From the IMG/VR virus record IMGVR_UViG_3300047403_000142, positions 1 through 28,649 of that record: a DNA stretch of 28,649 nt; one strand, given 5' to 3'. The stretch is from a virus. Lineage: Duplodnaviria; Caudoviricetes. Positions 7,257 through 16,274 of this stretch are shown in pieces (the first letter of the stretch is position 1; each line of letters begins with the position of its first letter). The position numbers and the translations under genes were made by a program. Below the pieces are notes generated by a model. The model saw only the letters and a list, made by a program, of their open reading frames with translations. It did not search any database and was not told the DNA's origin.

Positions 7257-9328
7257 CCTCCCTAGAGCGCGCCCGAGCCTACCTCGCCAAGTGCCCACCG
7301 GCCGTCACGGGACAGGCGGGGCACAATACGGCGTTCGCCGTCGTCGCATCTGTGGTTCATGGATTTGAACTCGGCGAAGCCGACGCGATGATCGCTCTGA
7401 CGGACTGGAACGCGACGTGTCAGCCGCCGTGGAGTGACCGCGAGCTAGCCCATAAAGTGCGGGACGCGATGAACGCCAGCCACGACAAACCGCGCGGGCA
7501 CCTGCTAGGAGGCCAGTCACGCAACGGGGAGACGCGGGGGCGTTCAACATCCGGCCGCGCCATTAAAGCCCCGCCATCGGCAACACAGGCGGCAAAGAAG
7601 TATGACCTTGACGCGCACGACGCGGCGGAACTGCCGCCGCCGCTGCCGGATGGCACGCGGGCGTTGCTCCGCGCGGCATTCGAGCCGGGCGACGGCGTCC
7701 GCATCGTTCCCGCGCGAATCGGCGAGGACGGGCGCGAGGTGCCCGACGGTGACGGCCCGTGCCTCTCGCGCGAGGAATGGTTGCGGAAGCTGGACGACAA
7801 GGCCGGCGACCCGAATCGCTTGTGGAAGAACGCGGACGGCGGCGGCATCTACATCACGGTCAACCCGCTCAAGCTCGGCGGCTCAAAAGACGCGGACGTG
7901 ACCTCCTACCGTCACGCGCTCGTTGAGTTTGATTCAATCTCGACAGTTGAGCAATGGACGCTCTACCAAGCGAGCCGACTACCATGCACGGCGATTATCA
8001 GCAGCGGCGGGAAGTCAGTCCACGCATGGGTCAAGGTGGGCGCGAAGGATCGGAGCGAATACGATGAGCGCGTGGCCATCATCTACGCCCATTTCGCCGC
8101 CTACGGCCTCGACGCCAAGAACAAGAACCCATCGCGCCTGTCGCGCCTGCCAAACTGCCGACGATTCAAAGCACGCCAAGAGTTGCTCGCGCTAAACACC
8201 GGGTGCGAGTCGTTCACCGAATGGCTCGCAGAGATTCAAGCGGACGGTGCGGGAGACACGCTCACGGTGGACGCGCTGGCGGAGTTCGACGCGGGCGCGG
8301 ATACAAATTGTATCCTCGGCAAACGCTGGCTCTGCCGGGGCGGATCGCTGCTGCTGGTAGGCCAGTCGGGGACGGGCAAATCATCGCTGGCGGTTCAGAT
8401 GGCCGCAACCTGGGCACTCGGCCGCAACCTGTTTGGCATCGCGCCGGTGCGCCCATTGAAATCGCTGTTCATTCAGGCCGAGAATGACAAAGGCGACTTG
8501 GCCGAAATGATGCAAGGCGTGTTGGCAGGAATGGGATTGTCTGCGTTCTCCGATGACTTCGAGACATTGAAACGCAACCTTGTTTTCGTGCGCGACACCA
8601 CGCACACGGGCTTTGAGTTCACGCAAGCCGCGCGGCGGCTCATTGACAAACACCGGCCCGACCTTGTTTTCATTGACCCGCTCCTTTCGTTCATCGGGGA
8701 CGACATCGGAAAGCAGTCCGTGTGCGGCCAGTTCCTCCGCAACTGGCTGAACCCGATTTCCGACGCGAGCGGTTGCATATGGGTCATGGTGCATCACACC
8801 AACAAGCCGCCCGCCGATGCGAAAGCGCGGGCGTGGTGGAAGTCTGCGGACTATGCCTACATGGGCAGCGGCAGCAGTGAGTTGACCAACTGGGCGCGGG
8901 CGGTGCTGACGCTGGGGATGCTCGACGACGGCGAGTTTGAATTGAAGCTGGCGAAGCGCGGCGGGCGTGCGGGCGCGTGCGAGCCGGACGGAACGCCGAC
9001 AACGCGGCTTTTCCTCAAGCACGCGGAGAAGGGGATTCTCTGGCAGCAAGTGACCGCGCCACCTGAACCTGAACCGGGCGAGCACGCACCTAAACAGAGC
9101 AAGGTTCAAAAGCTCGCGGCGAGCAATCTGCATGAAATCCTCTCGACCCTCGGCGACGGTGAAACGGCGAGCGCGCTTGGGCGCAAGCTGGAAGCGTTCT
9201 CGCGGAAGATAGGCAAGACCGTCGGCGTGACCAAGTGCCGCACCGACTTGTTGGACTTGCTTGTCGGCAACGGCAAGCTCTCTTACGACGAGTCCACTGG
9301 GCTTTACAAGGCTGGGAAGAACGCCTAG
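7253..9328 (+). CDS. Primase-helicase fusion (PriCT-like + RepB/AEP primase + AAA_25 RepA-like helicase)
   Basis: AVTGQAGHNTAF..WNATCQPPW; ALVEFD..SGGKSVHAW..NPSRLSRLP; GQSGTGKS, FIDPL, VHHTNK. Start is GTG 7253 (coupled) or ATG 7220. Confidence 0.88.
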   Translation: MTSLERARAYLAKCPPAVTGQAGHNTAFAVVASVVHGFELGEADAMIALTDWNATCQPPWSDRELAHKVRDAMNASHDKPRGHLLGGQSRNGETRGRSTSGRAIKAPPSATQAAKKYDLDAHDAAELPPPLPDGTRALLRAAFEPGDGVRIVPARIGEDGREVPDGDGPCLSREEWLRKLDDKAGDPNRLWKNADGGGIYITVNPLKLGGSKDADVTSYRHALVEFDSISTVEQWTLYQASRLPCTAIISSGGKSVHAWVKVGAKDRSEYDERVAIIYAHFAAYGLDAKNKNPSRLSRLPNCRRFKARQELLALNTGCESFTEWLAEIQADGAGDTLTVDALAEFDAGADTNCILGKRWLCRGGSLLLVGQSGTGKSSLAVQMAATWALGRNLFGIAPVRPLKSLFIQAENDKGDLAEMMQGVLAGMGLSAFSDDFETLKRNLVFVRDTTHTGFEFTQAARRLIDKHRPDLVFIDPLLSFIGDDIGKQSVCGQFLRNWLNPISDASGCIWVMVHHTNKPPADAKARAWWKSADYAYMGSGSSELTNWARAVLTLGMLDDGEFELKLAKRGGRAGACEPDGTPTTRLFLKHAEKGILWQQVTAPPEPEPGEHAPKQSKVQKLAASNLHEILSTLGDGETASALGRKLEAFSRKIGKTVGVTKCRTDLLDLLVGNGKLSYDESTGLYKAGKNA

Positions 9329-9498
9329 TCCGCCCGATGCGGCTCGGGAGTGTGACTCGTGACGCACATTTCCGCGAGCATCATAAGCTCCTCTGCGATT
9401 CGCGCGGGCAACAATCCGTCCGGCACTTCCACGACTCTCGCCGAAATGCCAGCACGTTGACCTTCGGCGACGACCATGATTGACAGTGTGACTTTCAT
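9325..9498 (-). CDS. Small hypothetical protein (57 aa, MKVTLSIMVVAEG...HRAD), not in the ORF track
   Basis: GGGGAG upstream of ATG 9498; open frame to TAG at 9327-9325; fills the gap between the two arms. Confidence 0.6.
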   Translation of the reverse strand: MKVTLSIMVVAEGQRAGISARVVEVPDGLLPARIAEELMMLAEMCVTSHTPEPHRAD

Positions 9499-9526
9499 CC
9501 CTTGCTCCCCTTGCTTGTTCCGCGTG

Positions 9527-10597
9527 TTATCTCACTACCCGCGCCGCCACTCTCCGCCGCGCCGCGCGGATGAGCTTGTCATCATCCGGTGCGCGTTCAA
9601 TGCGTAGCAGGTCGTCGGCTCTCTCTGCGACGGCCGCTAGGGACGGGTCGCTGCGCAGCGTGGCACGAACCTTCTCCACGCCAGCCACCACGTTCCCGAA
9701 ACCTTTCGCGTCCACAACGCCGGTCACAAGCGACGTGCTCGGCATGACGCGCGAGAACCAGCCGAAGGCACGACCAGCGATGGGAACGGCGGCGGGACAC
9801 GCGACGGCGAGCGCGACAAGGCCAGCCGGACCCAGCACGTCGAGGATGCGGCCGAGCCACGTCTTTGCTTGGTGCGCCCGCCACTTGTCCGCCGTCGCCT
9901 GCTCACCTTGGAACCGCGCCGCGAGGTCTGCCATGTCGCGCGTTGCCGCTGCGCGGAGCCGGTCGTTGTCACCCTTCAACTGCTCGGCGATCAATTGCGC
10001 CCGCGCCAGCTCCGCGTCTTTCGCGGACAGCAGGCTCTGCGCGTGGGCCACCGACTGCGCGTTGGTGGAGAGTAGGCCATTGACTATCTCGCGCATCCGC
10101 GTCACGTCGGCAACCTCGGGCGCGGGCAGGAGCACCGCGGCGCGGGAGTTCATGTCACCGGCCACGCGCACGGCTGGCTCTGCATTCGTCGCTGCCTTCA
10201 GCGCCTCACCCGTGGCCCACACGTAGCCGCTCGCGCCTCGCACGATGGCCGAGCTGTTGGTTGCCTGCCTCGCCGCGTTGTCGTCCTGCTTCTCGCGCGT
10301 CTTGTCCGCCGCCTTCACCGCGTCTGCGCGAAACCACGTCCACGGCTGCCACGCGCTGCGGTTGCTAGCCGCGCCTCCCGCGCAGCCAGACAAAAGAACC
10401 AGCAGGCCGAACACAAAAAAACCTCTCCACCATGCGCGCAGCCGCTCGTTGAACGGCTTTGAAGTCGAAGGCTTGTGCAACGTCAACGCGACTCGCGTTG
10501 AAACTCCATGCTCACCAAGCATAGCCTGCGCGAGTATTTCACGACCGCAATGCGGGCAGCGTGTTGGGATCATTGATTCAGATAGGCCGCGAGCCAT
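9527..10597 (-). CDS. Putative lipoprotein with coiled coil and C-proximal hydrophobic segment (spanin-like candidate)
   Basis: GFFVFGLLVLLSGC lipobox (Cys72), Ala/Gln/Leu-rich helical middle, hydrophobic aa ~251-275. Start is uncertain (TTG 10480 is an alternative). Confidence 0.6.
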   Translation of the reverse strand: MARGLSESMIPTRCPHCGREILAQAMLGEHGVSTRVALTLHKPSTSKPFNERLRAWWRGFFVFGLLVLLSGCAGGAASNRSAWQPWTWFRADAVKAADKTREKQDDNAARQATNSSAIVRGASGYVWATGEALKAATNAEPAVRVAGDMNSRAAVLLPAPEVADVTRMREIVNGLLSTNAQSVAHAQSLLSAKDAELARAQLIAEQLKGDNDRLRAAATRDMADLAARFQGEQATADKWRAHQAKTWLGRILDVLGPAGLVALAVACPAAVPIAGRAFGWFSRVMPSTSLVTGVVDAKGFGNVVAGVEKVRATLRSDPSLAAVAERADDLLRIERAPDDDKLIRAARRRVAARVVR

Positions 10598-10673
10598 GCG
10601 GCTAGAATGACAAGCGGCGGAATAGCGGCATAGATAATGAATGCCAGTTGGTCTGGTGTAAGTCTATCTCGAT

Positions 10674-11111
10674 TCATCGCTCGTGAATGCGGAAGGTGCG
10701 GAGCATGGACTCCATGAACTGCCGGTTGAAGTTGATCGGCTTGCGGATATGAACACAGAATCCGATTCGGTCAAGCCGCTCTGCGGCATCATCGTTGAAT
10801 GTCCCCGTGAAGATCACGACCGGAAGCGAGCCGACATGGTGCGAATGAATGGCGGCGAAGACATCCTCACCGGACTTGCCGGGAAGGTTCAAGTCAAGGA
10901 ACACAAGGTCATATCCGTTACGGCACGCCATGATTTCACCGTCAATGCCGTTCGCGGCGTAATCCACGCGGCAGTTGAAATGACCAACCGGTTCAGCGAA
11001 CAGGGCGCGAGTAACAGGGTCATCCTCAACAAACAGGATGCGAGACGGTCGGGAAAGCTCCTCGTTCTCGGCGCGTAGCCGGTCGCAGTAGTCTTGAAGT
11101 GTCGCACTCAT
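10674..11111 (-). CDS. Stand-alone response regulator receiver domain (CheY-like)
   Basis: ILFVEDD, YDLVFLDLNLPGKSG (phospho-Asp), VVIFTG and RKP motifs; no output domain. Confidence 0.92.
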   Translation of the reverse strand: MSATLQDYCDRLRAENEELSRPSRILFVEDDPVTRALFAEPVGHFNCRVDYAANGIDGEIMACRNGYDLVFLDLNLPGKSGEDVFAAIHSHHVGSLPVVIFTGTFNDDAAERLDRIGFCVHIRKPINFNRQFMESMLRTFRIHER

Positions 11112-11114
11112 TGG

Positions 11115-11375
11115 CTACTTCCAGAAGAAGCGGAACAGGAGCAAGATCACCGTGCCGCCACCAATCACCATCCATCTCTCACGGGAGAGCGCGGACAAAC
11201 GACGTTCATTCTGCACGCTCAAGTTGTGGGCGATTAGAACCGTGTTCGCCATCCACTGAATCATCTGTGTTTGCACGTCGCTCTGCTCCACCATGAACTT
11301 TTGTTCCGGCGTGAGGCCTGCCGTGTTGACTCTGGGTTGAAAGGTTGGCACTTCTTCAAGCTCTCGCAGTTCCAT
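11115..11375 (-). CDS. Small membrane protein with C-terminal TM helix (holin-like candidate)
   Basis: Helical N-terminal part then WMVIGGGTVILLLFRFFWK; GGGG upstream; lies after the tail fibre genes. Confidence 0.55.
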   Translation of the reverse strand: MELRELEEVPTFQPRVNTAGLTPEQKFMVEQSDVQTQMIQWMANTVLIAHNLSVQNERRLSALSRERWMVIGGGTVILLLFRFFWK

Positions 11376-11387
11376 AGTTGTCCCCCA

Positions 11388-11897
11388 TCATTGCGTTAGT
11401 GCAAATGCCCTGAACTCTCCTTCAATCCATTCATCCTGAACGATGGTTGTTAAATCCAGTATTGTAACCCATGTAGCGCCATCCGCAGACCGATAGCAAG
11501 TCAGATTTCGTGGCCGGTGATAATTACCAAACTGCGGAGCTATCAGAACTTGATTGACGGCGATTGTCTCTCCGAAGTCCACGCTGACATCAAAGACAGC
11601 ACTAGCACCAGCCACCATAGCGATATTTGAACCGTTGCTCTGCTCAATGGTTCCATCGGTCAAGTTTGACAACGGATAAGACGGATTAAATGCGTCTCCA
11701 TGATTGGTGACACTCTTTCCAACAAGAGATGTCTGTCCATATTCCAACGAGTTAAAAGCCCATTCGGAAATGGAAACCCCCTCATCACCGGGAGCGTCAC
11801 CGCCAGCATAAATGCACCGGATTCTATAGTATCGCGCTTTTACTATCTGCGCCCTAACCATCCCTCGCCCCGTAAAGAATCCCAATAACTTCGGCAT
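11388..11897 (-). CDS. Discoidin / F5/8 type C-like carbohydrate-binding protein (tail-associated)
   Basis: YPLSNLTDG..VSVDFGETIAVNQVLI..PRNLTCYRSADGATW pattern; AT-richer. Confidence 0.7.
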   Translation of the reverse strand: MPKLLGFFTGRGMVRAQIVKARYYRIRCIYAGGDAPGDEGVSISEWAFNSLEYGQTSLVGKSVTNHGDAFNPSYPLSNLTDGTIEQSNGSNIAMVAGASAVFDVSVDFGETIAVNQVLIAPQFGNYHRPRNLTCYRSADGATWVTILDLTTIVQDEWIEGEFRAFALTQ

Positions 11898-11899
11898 GG

Positions 11900-14800
11900 T
11901 TAGTTGTCGTGGACCGCAATCCAGTTGACCGTGCCGGAGATGCCAGCCGTGAAACCGACGGTGAATCCCTCGTCCGTCTGGTCGGAGATCGTAAAGGCCA
12001 CGCTGATTCCGCTCCCGAGAAGCGAGATTGCATAGTCCGCATCTGCCATCGGCGTTGAGAACGTGACGACGAAGGACGTGTCCAGCACGCCGACGGTCAC
12101 GCGGCCAGCGCGAATCTCGGGTGCGGTCCCGGCAGGCACGCTGAACTGGCCCGTCTCGTCGAGGAACTTCGCGGCGGACGGCGTGGCGTTCTGCGGAGCG
12201 TCCGTCAGGCGCGGCTCGAAGTAGAGCGTGGTGGCGTCAATGGCGTGGCCAACCAGTCGTCGCAATCCAGTTGGAACAGTCTCGGTCAACGCGCCCGCCG
12301 TGGCCGATGCGTATTGCGCCGCGCCGGGAGTCAGGCCGGAGAAGCCGGAGACGGAGCCGGGTTCAAGTCGGCAAGTGAATGTGCCGGGTGTGTAGATATT
12401 TTCAAACGTGTAAATGTATTGGTCGCCAGAACCCGAATTGATGGCAACAGCAACAAGTTTCGCACCGTTTTCAGATGCTGCCGCGCCATTCCAATAACGA
12501 TTTGACTCATATTCAACCCATGAAACACCGTAGTTGTTAGAAATCCACAATTTGCCACCTTGAACACCTGCCAATAAAACCGCACCTGAACCGCTAGATG
12601 CCAGCGCAAAAACACCCCCTCCGAATGACTGGCCAAGCAATTCCCAAGTCACTCCTGAATCACTAGAGATACGGACTCCACTTGAGCCTCCAACGGCAAG
12701 CCTTGTCCCATCAGATGATGATGCCGCACTCCAAGCGGAGATTGATGAATCGCGTTGAGTCCAAGTCACTCCTGAATCATCCGAAGTGTAGATGTAACCG
12801 CCATTGATGCACGCAACCAGCTTGGAGCCATCGGATGAAGATGCTATACTTGTCCAATTTTCAGATGTTGCCCGTTGAGTCCATGTCACTCCTGAATCGG
12901 CGGAAGTGTAGATGTAACCGCTGCTGACGGTTGCCGCCAGTTTTACACCATCGGCTGAAGAACAAACCGCCCTCCACACGCGGCTATCAGCCCGTTGAGT
13001 CCACGTCACCCCTGAATCATCCGAAGTGTAGATGTAACCGCTACCGACAACCGCAACCAGCTTGGAGCCATCGGAAGAAGCCGCTACGCCTCGCCATGCC
13101 CGGCTATCAGCCCGTTGAGTCCACGTCACCCCTGAATCATCTGACGTATAGAGATAGCCCGGTGATTTATCGGATGCTAAAATGAATGTCCCGTCATACG
13201 AACAGGCAACACCACACCAATCACGCTGAGATTCCCTCGCAGTCCATGAGCCGCCGCTGCCAGTGCCATCATCCGCCGTCACCGCCATCCCAATCCTCGC
13301 CCCGATGCGCGGCGGGCTGGTGTCCGTGTCCACCTTCCACCACTTGTCAATCCCGCCGCCCTGCTCGTCCGTGGCGTCCTGAAAAACAAGGTCGCGGGCG
13401 GCAATCTGCTCACCAGCCGACACTAGCTGCGTCGGGACAACTGCGGATTCGTCGGAGATTCCCAGCGCGGCCGTGCCGTGGTAGGTGGAGCCGCGTTTCC
13501 AAAACGAGAAGATGATCGTCTTGCCCGCGTCAACCGTCGGCTCGGCCGTGTCGTCAACCCACGCGACTTCGGCGGGCCAAGTGATGGTTTCGGCTGGCGA
13601 GGGTTGCGTCACCTCGATCTGGAAACTAGCGCCGTCATCGAAGTTCACGAACGAGAAATCCGTGGTGTCCGTCAGCGTGCGATAAAAGCTGGTTGAGAGT
13701 GCGCCGTCCACGATGCCGTCGCCCCCGATTTCATCCGGCGTGAATGCGCCGCCTCCAGAATAGTTAGCGTCGCCGTATGCCTTCGTTACGAAGTCCTGCG
13801 CGTCAACCGGGTCATCACCAGCGGCCGTGCCCTCAAACGTAGCGTTGCCGCCGTTGAACAGGTAGCCGCCAGAGAAACGCTGGACCATTTGCGAATCGGC
13901 AGTCGGCGTCGGCGGGGCGGAAGTCGCATCGCACAGAATCACGCTTCCGTCACCAATCGGCTGCAAAACGGCGTGCAAGTCCACGTTGGCTCCGGTCAGC
14001 AGGAACGTAGGTGACGGTGTGCCGGGAGTGTTGTCATCAATCGGCGTATCCTCAAGCCGCACGCCGATGGTTCCGCCCGTGTGCGTGAACTCGACATACG
14101 CACCGGCGTTCGCGGCCTCTACCTCGGCAATGGTGTTGTATCCGGTGTAGCTGTTTCCCGGCCCTTCTATCTCTGTTCCGCCCGAGTGGACAACGCGGAA
14201 GCCGTAACTCACGGAAGCGTTCAGCTTCCACTGTGTCAGCCCCGGCCCGTAGCGCATCGCCCCGGCCGAATAGGTGACTCGGTAAGTCCCGGCCGGGTAA
14301 GTTCCAAACTCGACGACATCGGTCGTGTTCACGTCCGGCATGGCCGGGTCGGGAACGGGGTCAATGCCTTCCGCGTTAGGCGTCCAGACGCTCGCTTGCG
14401 TCGAGCCTATAACGTCGGTTGACTCTTCCCAGAAACGCAACTCGCCACCTCCACCGCCACCGCTGCCGCTCGAAATGAGAACCCACACTTGCGCGTTTGT
14501 CGTCGCGTTGAAATCAGCGGGGCGAATCACATCCGGCGAACTGGTTGCCTGCCCACCGGCTTGCAACTGGTAGATGCTCAATGTGTCGTCAAGCACGAGT
14601 GCAACCAGAGTTCCGGCCGCTTGCGCGGCGTTCGCAGTCAGAATGCCGTCAAGGTCGTAAGCCGTCCCGCCGACAAGCCCGGTGATGCTAGAGCGATTCT
14701 GAACGAACTGTGCCCGAGTTGCGGAGGCAGTCAGATAGTCGGGGAGCGGAACCGGGACCAGCGAGAGCGGGTCAATGACGTTGTTTCGGATGATGTTCCC

Positions 14801-15496
14801 CACCTGCCCATACACGCGCACGTTGCCGTCAGCGTCCGTCACGCGGAGTTCAAGGTAGGCATCCGTTACTGCGGCGGACGTGCCCACCAAATCAACCACG
14901 CCGCGCGTGTTCAGGTTGAAGCTCGCGGCCCAGCCGTCCGTGATGGTGCTGAACGAGGTTTGCAGCGCGACGGGCTGGCGGCGGAGCATGAGCATCTGCC
15001 GTTCTTTGGTTGAACCATCGCCCGTGCGGACGCGGACAACGCTCGCCTCGCTGTCGGGTGACAGCAGGGAGCCGTCGCCGACGATGAGTTCCTTTGCTCC
15101 TACAGTGTTCCAATCGAGAGCGAAGTTAGGGAACGTGCCGGACACCACAAGCCCGCCCTCGGTCGTCACGTTGCCAAGCGCGTTGAGTGCGGTCTGCAAC
15201 GCGCCTGCCGAGATGTTATAGGCCAGCGCGGAGGTAACATCACCATCACTGTCCATCGTGAACGTTCCGCCGCTGGGGGTCGCGCCGAGCAGTCCAAGCC
15301 CGAGTCGCACGTCGGCCGTTGCATCGCCGGAGATGGGGTCAAAGTCGCCCGCGCCGTCGGCGATGTAGATTTGCAGGGCGCGCGATTCACCGGCCACCCA
15401 TGCGGGGGGGCTGGTGGGCGTCAGGTTGGTGACGCTTTTGCAAAGCGCGCTCTTTGGGTCGGTCGCGGCGGCGTTGAAAATGAGATTGTAGGGCAT
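11900..15496 (-). CDS. Tail fibre / receptor-binding protein with BNR (Asp-box) beta-propeller
   Basis: 1198 aa, modular and G/S/T-rich. DPVDAQDFVTKAY fibre motif; six Asp-box (SxDxGxTW-type) repeats; C-terminal VVTFSTPM domain. Confidence 0.85.
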   Translation of the reverse strand: MPYNLIFNAAATDPKSALCKSVTNLTPTSPPAWVAGESRALQIYIADGAGDFDPISGDATADVRLGLGLLGATPSGGTFTMDSDGDVTSALAYNISAGALQTALNALGNVTTEGGLVVSGTFPNFALDWNTVGAKELIVGDGSLLSPDSEASVVRVRTGDGSTKERQMLMLRRQPVALQTSFSTITDGWAASFNLNTRGVVDLVGTSAAVTDAYLELRVTDADGNVRVYGQVGNIIRNNVIDPLSLVPVPLPDYLTASATRAQFVQNRSSITGLVGGTAYDLDGILTANAAQAAGTLVALVLDDTLSIYQLQAGGQATSSPDVIRPADFNATTNAQVWVLISSGSGGGGGGELRFWEESTDVIGSTQASVWTPNAEGIDPVPDPAMPDVNTTDVVEFGTYPAGTYRVTYSAGAMRYGPGLTQWKLNASVSYGFRVVHSGGTEIEGPGNSYTGYNTIAEVEAANAGAYVEFTHTGGTIGVRLEDTPIDDNTPGTPSPTFLLTGANVDLHAVLQPIGDGSVILCDATSAPPTPTADSQMVQRFSGGYLFNGGNATFEGTAAGDDPVDAQDFVTKAYGDANYSGGGAFTPDEIGGDGIVDGALSTSFYRTLTDTTDFSFVNFDDGASFQIEVTQPSPAETITWPAEVAWVDDTAEPTVDAGKTIIFSFWKRGSTYHGTAALGISDESAVVPTQLVSAGEQIAARDLVFQDATDEQGGGIDKWWKVDTDTSPPRIGARIGMAVTADDGTGSGGSWTARESQRDWCGVACSYDGTFILASDKSPGYLYTSDDSGVTWTQRADSRAWRGVAASSDGSKLVAVVGSGYIYTSDDSGVTWTQRADSRVWRAVCSSADGVKLAATVSSGYIYTSADSGVTWTQRATSENWTSIASSSDGSKLVACINGGYIYTSDDSGVTWTQRDSSISAWSAASSSDGTRLAVGGSSGVRISSDSGVTWELLGQSFGGGVFALASSGSGAVLLAGVQGGKLWISNNYGVSWVEYESNRYWNGAAASENGAKLVAVAINSGSGDQYIYTFENIYTPGTFTCRLEPGSVSGFSGLTPGAAQYASATAGALTETVPTGLRRLVGHAIDATTLYFEPRLTDAPQNATPSAAKFLDETGQFSVPAGTAPEIRAGRVTVGVLDTSFVVTFSTPMADADYAISLLGSGISVAFTISDQTDEGFTVGFTAGISGTVNWIAVHDN
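12510..13250. repeat. ~120-bp-period coding tandem repeats (Asp-box blades)
   Basis: 12981-13021 is identical to 13101-13141 (41 bp); related copies near 12751 and 12871; GCAACCAGCTTGGAGCCATCGGA at 12813 and 13053. Confidence 0.9.
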
Positions 15497-15500
15497 AAAG

Positions 15501-16274
15501 TTACCTCACGAAGAGGAAAGCTGGGTCGTCAATCCCGGGCACAACCGCCTCGTCATAAGTTGCCTCACGACGTTTAACCCATCTGCGCGCATCAATGTTC
15601 ATGTCGATGAATTGAACAAATGGCGCGGCTGGATCATACGCGAGAGTTGTTGAATCTACTCGCAGAACATCCTTAACCCTGACTGCAACAATCATCTGAC
15701 TCATGGGCGTAACAGGAACAAGGGTCATTGGGTCGCACGGTGTATAACGTGGCTCGATTACTTCAACAAGCTCGTGTGGAGCTATTGAGTCATATTGAGT
15801 CCCCTCAAGTATTACAGTTCTCCTGTATTCGCTTGTTCCTGTTATTGGTTCAGTGTAAAGATAGACGCTGTCATCGTTGTAATTAGTGGGGATTTGATTC
15901 TCTTCAAGATGATACACTGTCCCCGCAAACGCTCCTTGTCTGAACTGCTGTAAAATGAAAGGCTTGGCGACTACGTGTTGTATTCCTTCCGCGTCTTCAA
16001 TCCTAATTGCGTCCGGCCCCTCCTGCACAATCGCACCGCTTATCTGCCTTGTGATGGTGCCGATGAACGGGTCTTCCAAGAAGGCCTCCTGACTCGTCGT
16101 GATGACAAACTTCCCCGCCGACTTGACAACACGGATGCCACCACGCCCTTCCATCGCCGCCAGCGCGTTCAGCGTGTCAATGAGCTGGTTCCCGCGCGAC
16201 GCCGAAAGCAGCGTGTCGGCCTGCCCCGCTTTCAGGCGCGGAATCTGGCTTGGGATGGGGGCTGGCGCGATCAT
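15501..16274 (-). CDS. Hypothetical tail-tip protein
   Basis: Position between TMP-distal gene and fibre; overlaps the upstream stop; C-terminal part is AT-richer. Confidence 0.65.
   Translation of the reverse strand: MIAPAPIPSQIPRLKAGQADTLLSASRGNQLIDTLNALAAMEGRGGIRVVKSAGKFVITTSQEAFLEDPFIGTITRQISGAIVQEGPDAIRIEDAEGIQHVVAKPFILQQFRQGAFAGTVYHLEENQIPTNYNDDSVYLYTEPITGTSEYRRTVILEGTQYDSIAPHELVEVIEPRYTPCDPMTLVPVTPMSQMIVAVRVKDVLRVDSTTLAYDPAAPFVQFIDMNIDARRWVKRREATYDEAVVPGIDDPAFLFVR

Noticed and set aside
273-9367. Long antisense ORFs (273-1349, 1491-2147, 5826-6761, 8381-9367) and similar + strand ORFs over the structural genes
   Set aside because: They shadow well-supported genes on the other strand, lack motifs, and are expected in GC-rich DNA.
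12510-13250. Direct repeats as a CRISPR array or DGR template/variable pair
   Set aside because: Repeats are in-frame 40-aa Asp-box units within one ORF, differences are not adenine-specific, and there is no reverse transcriptase in the window.
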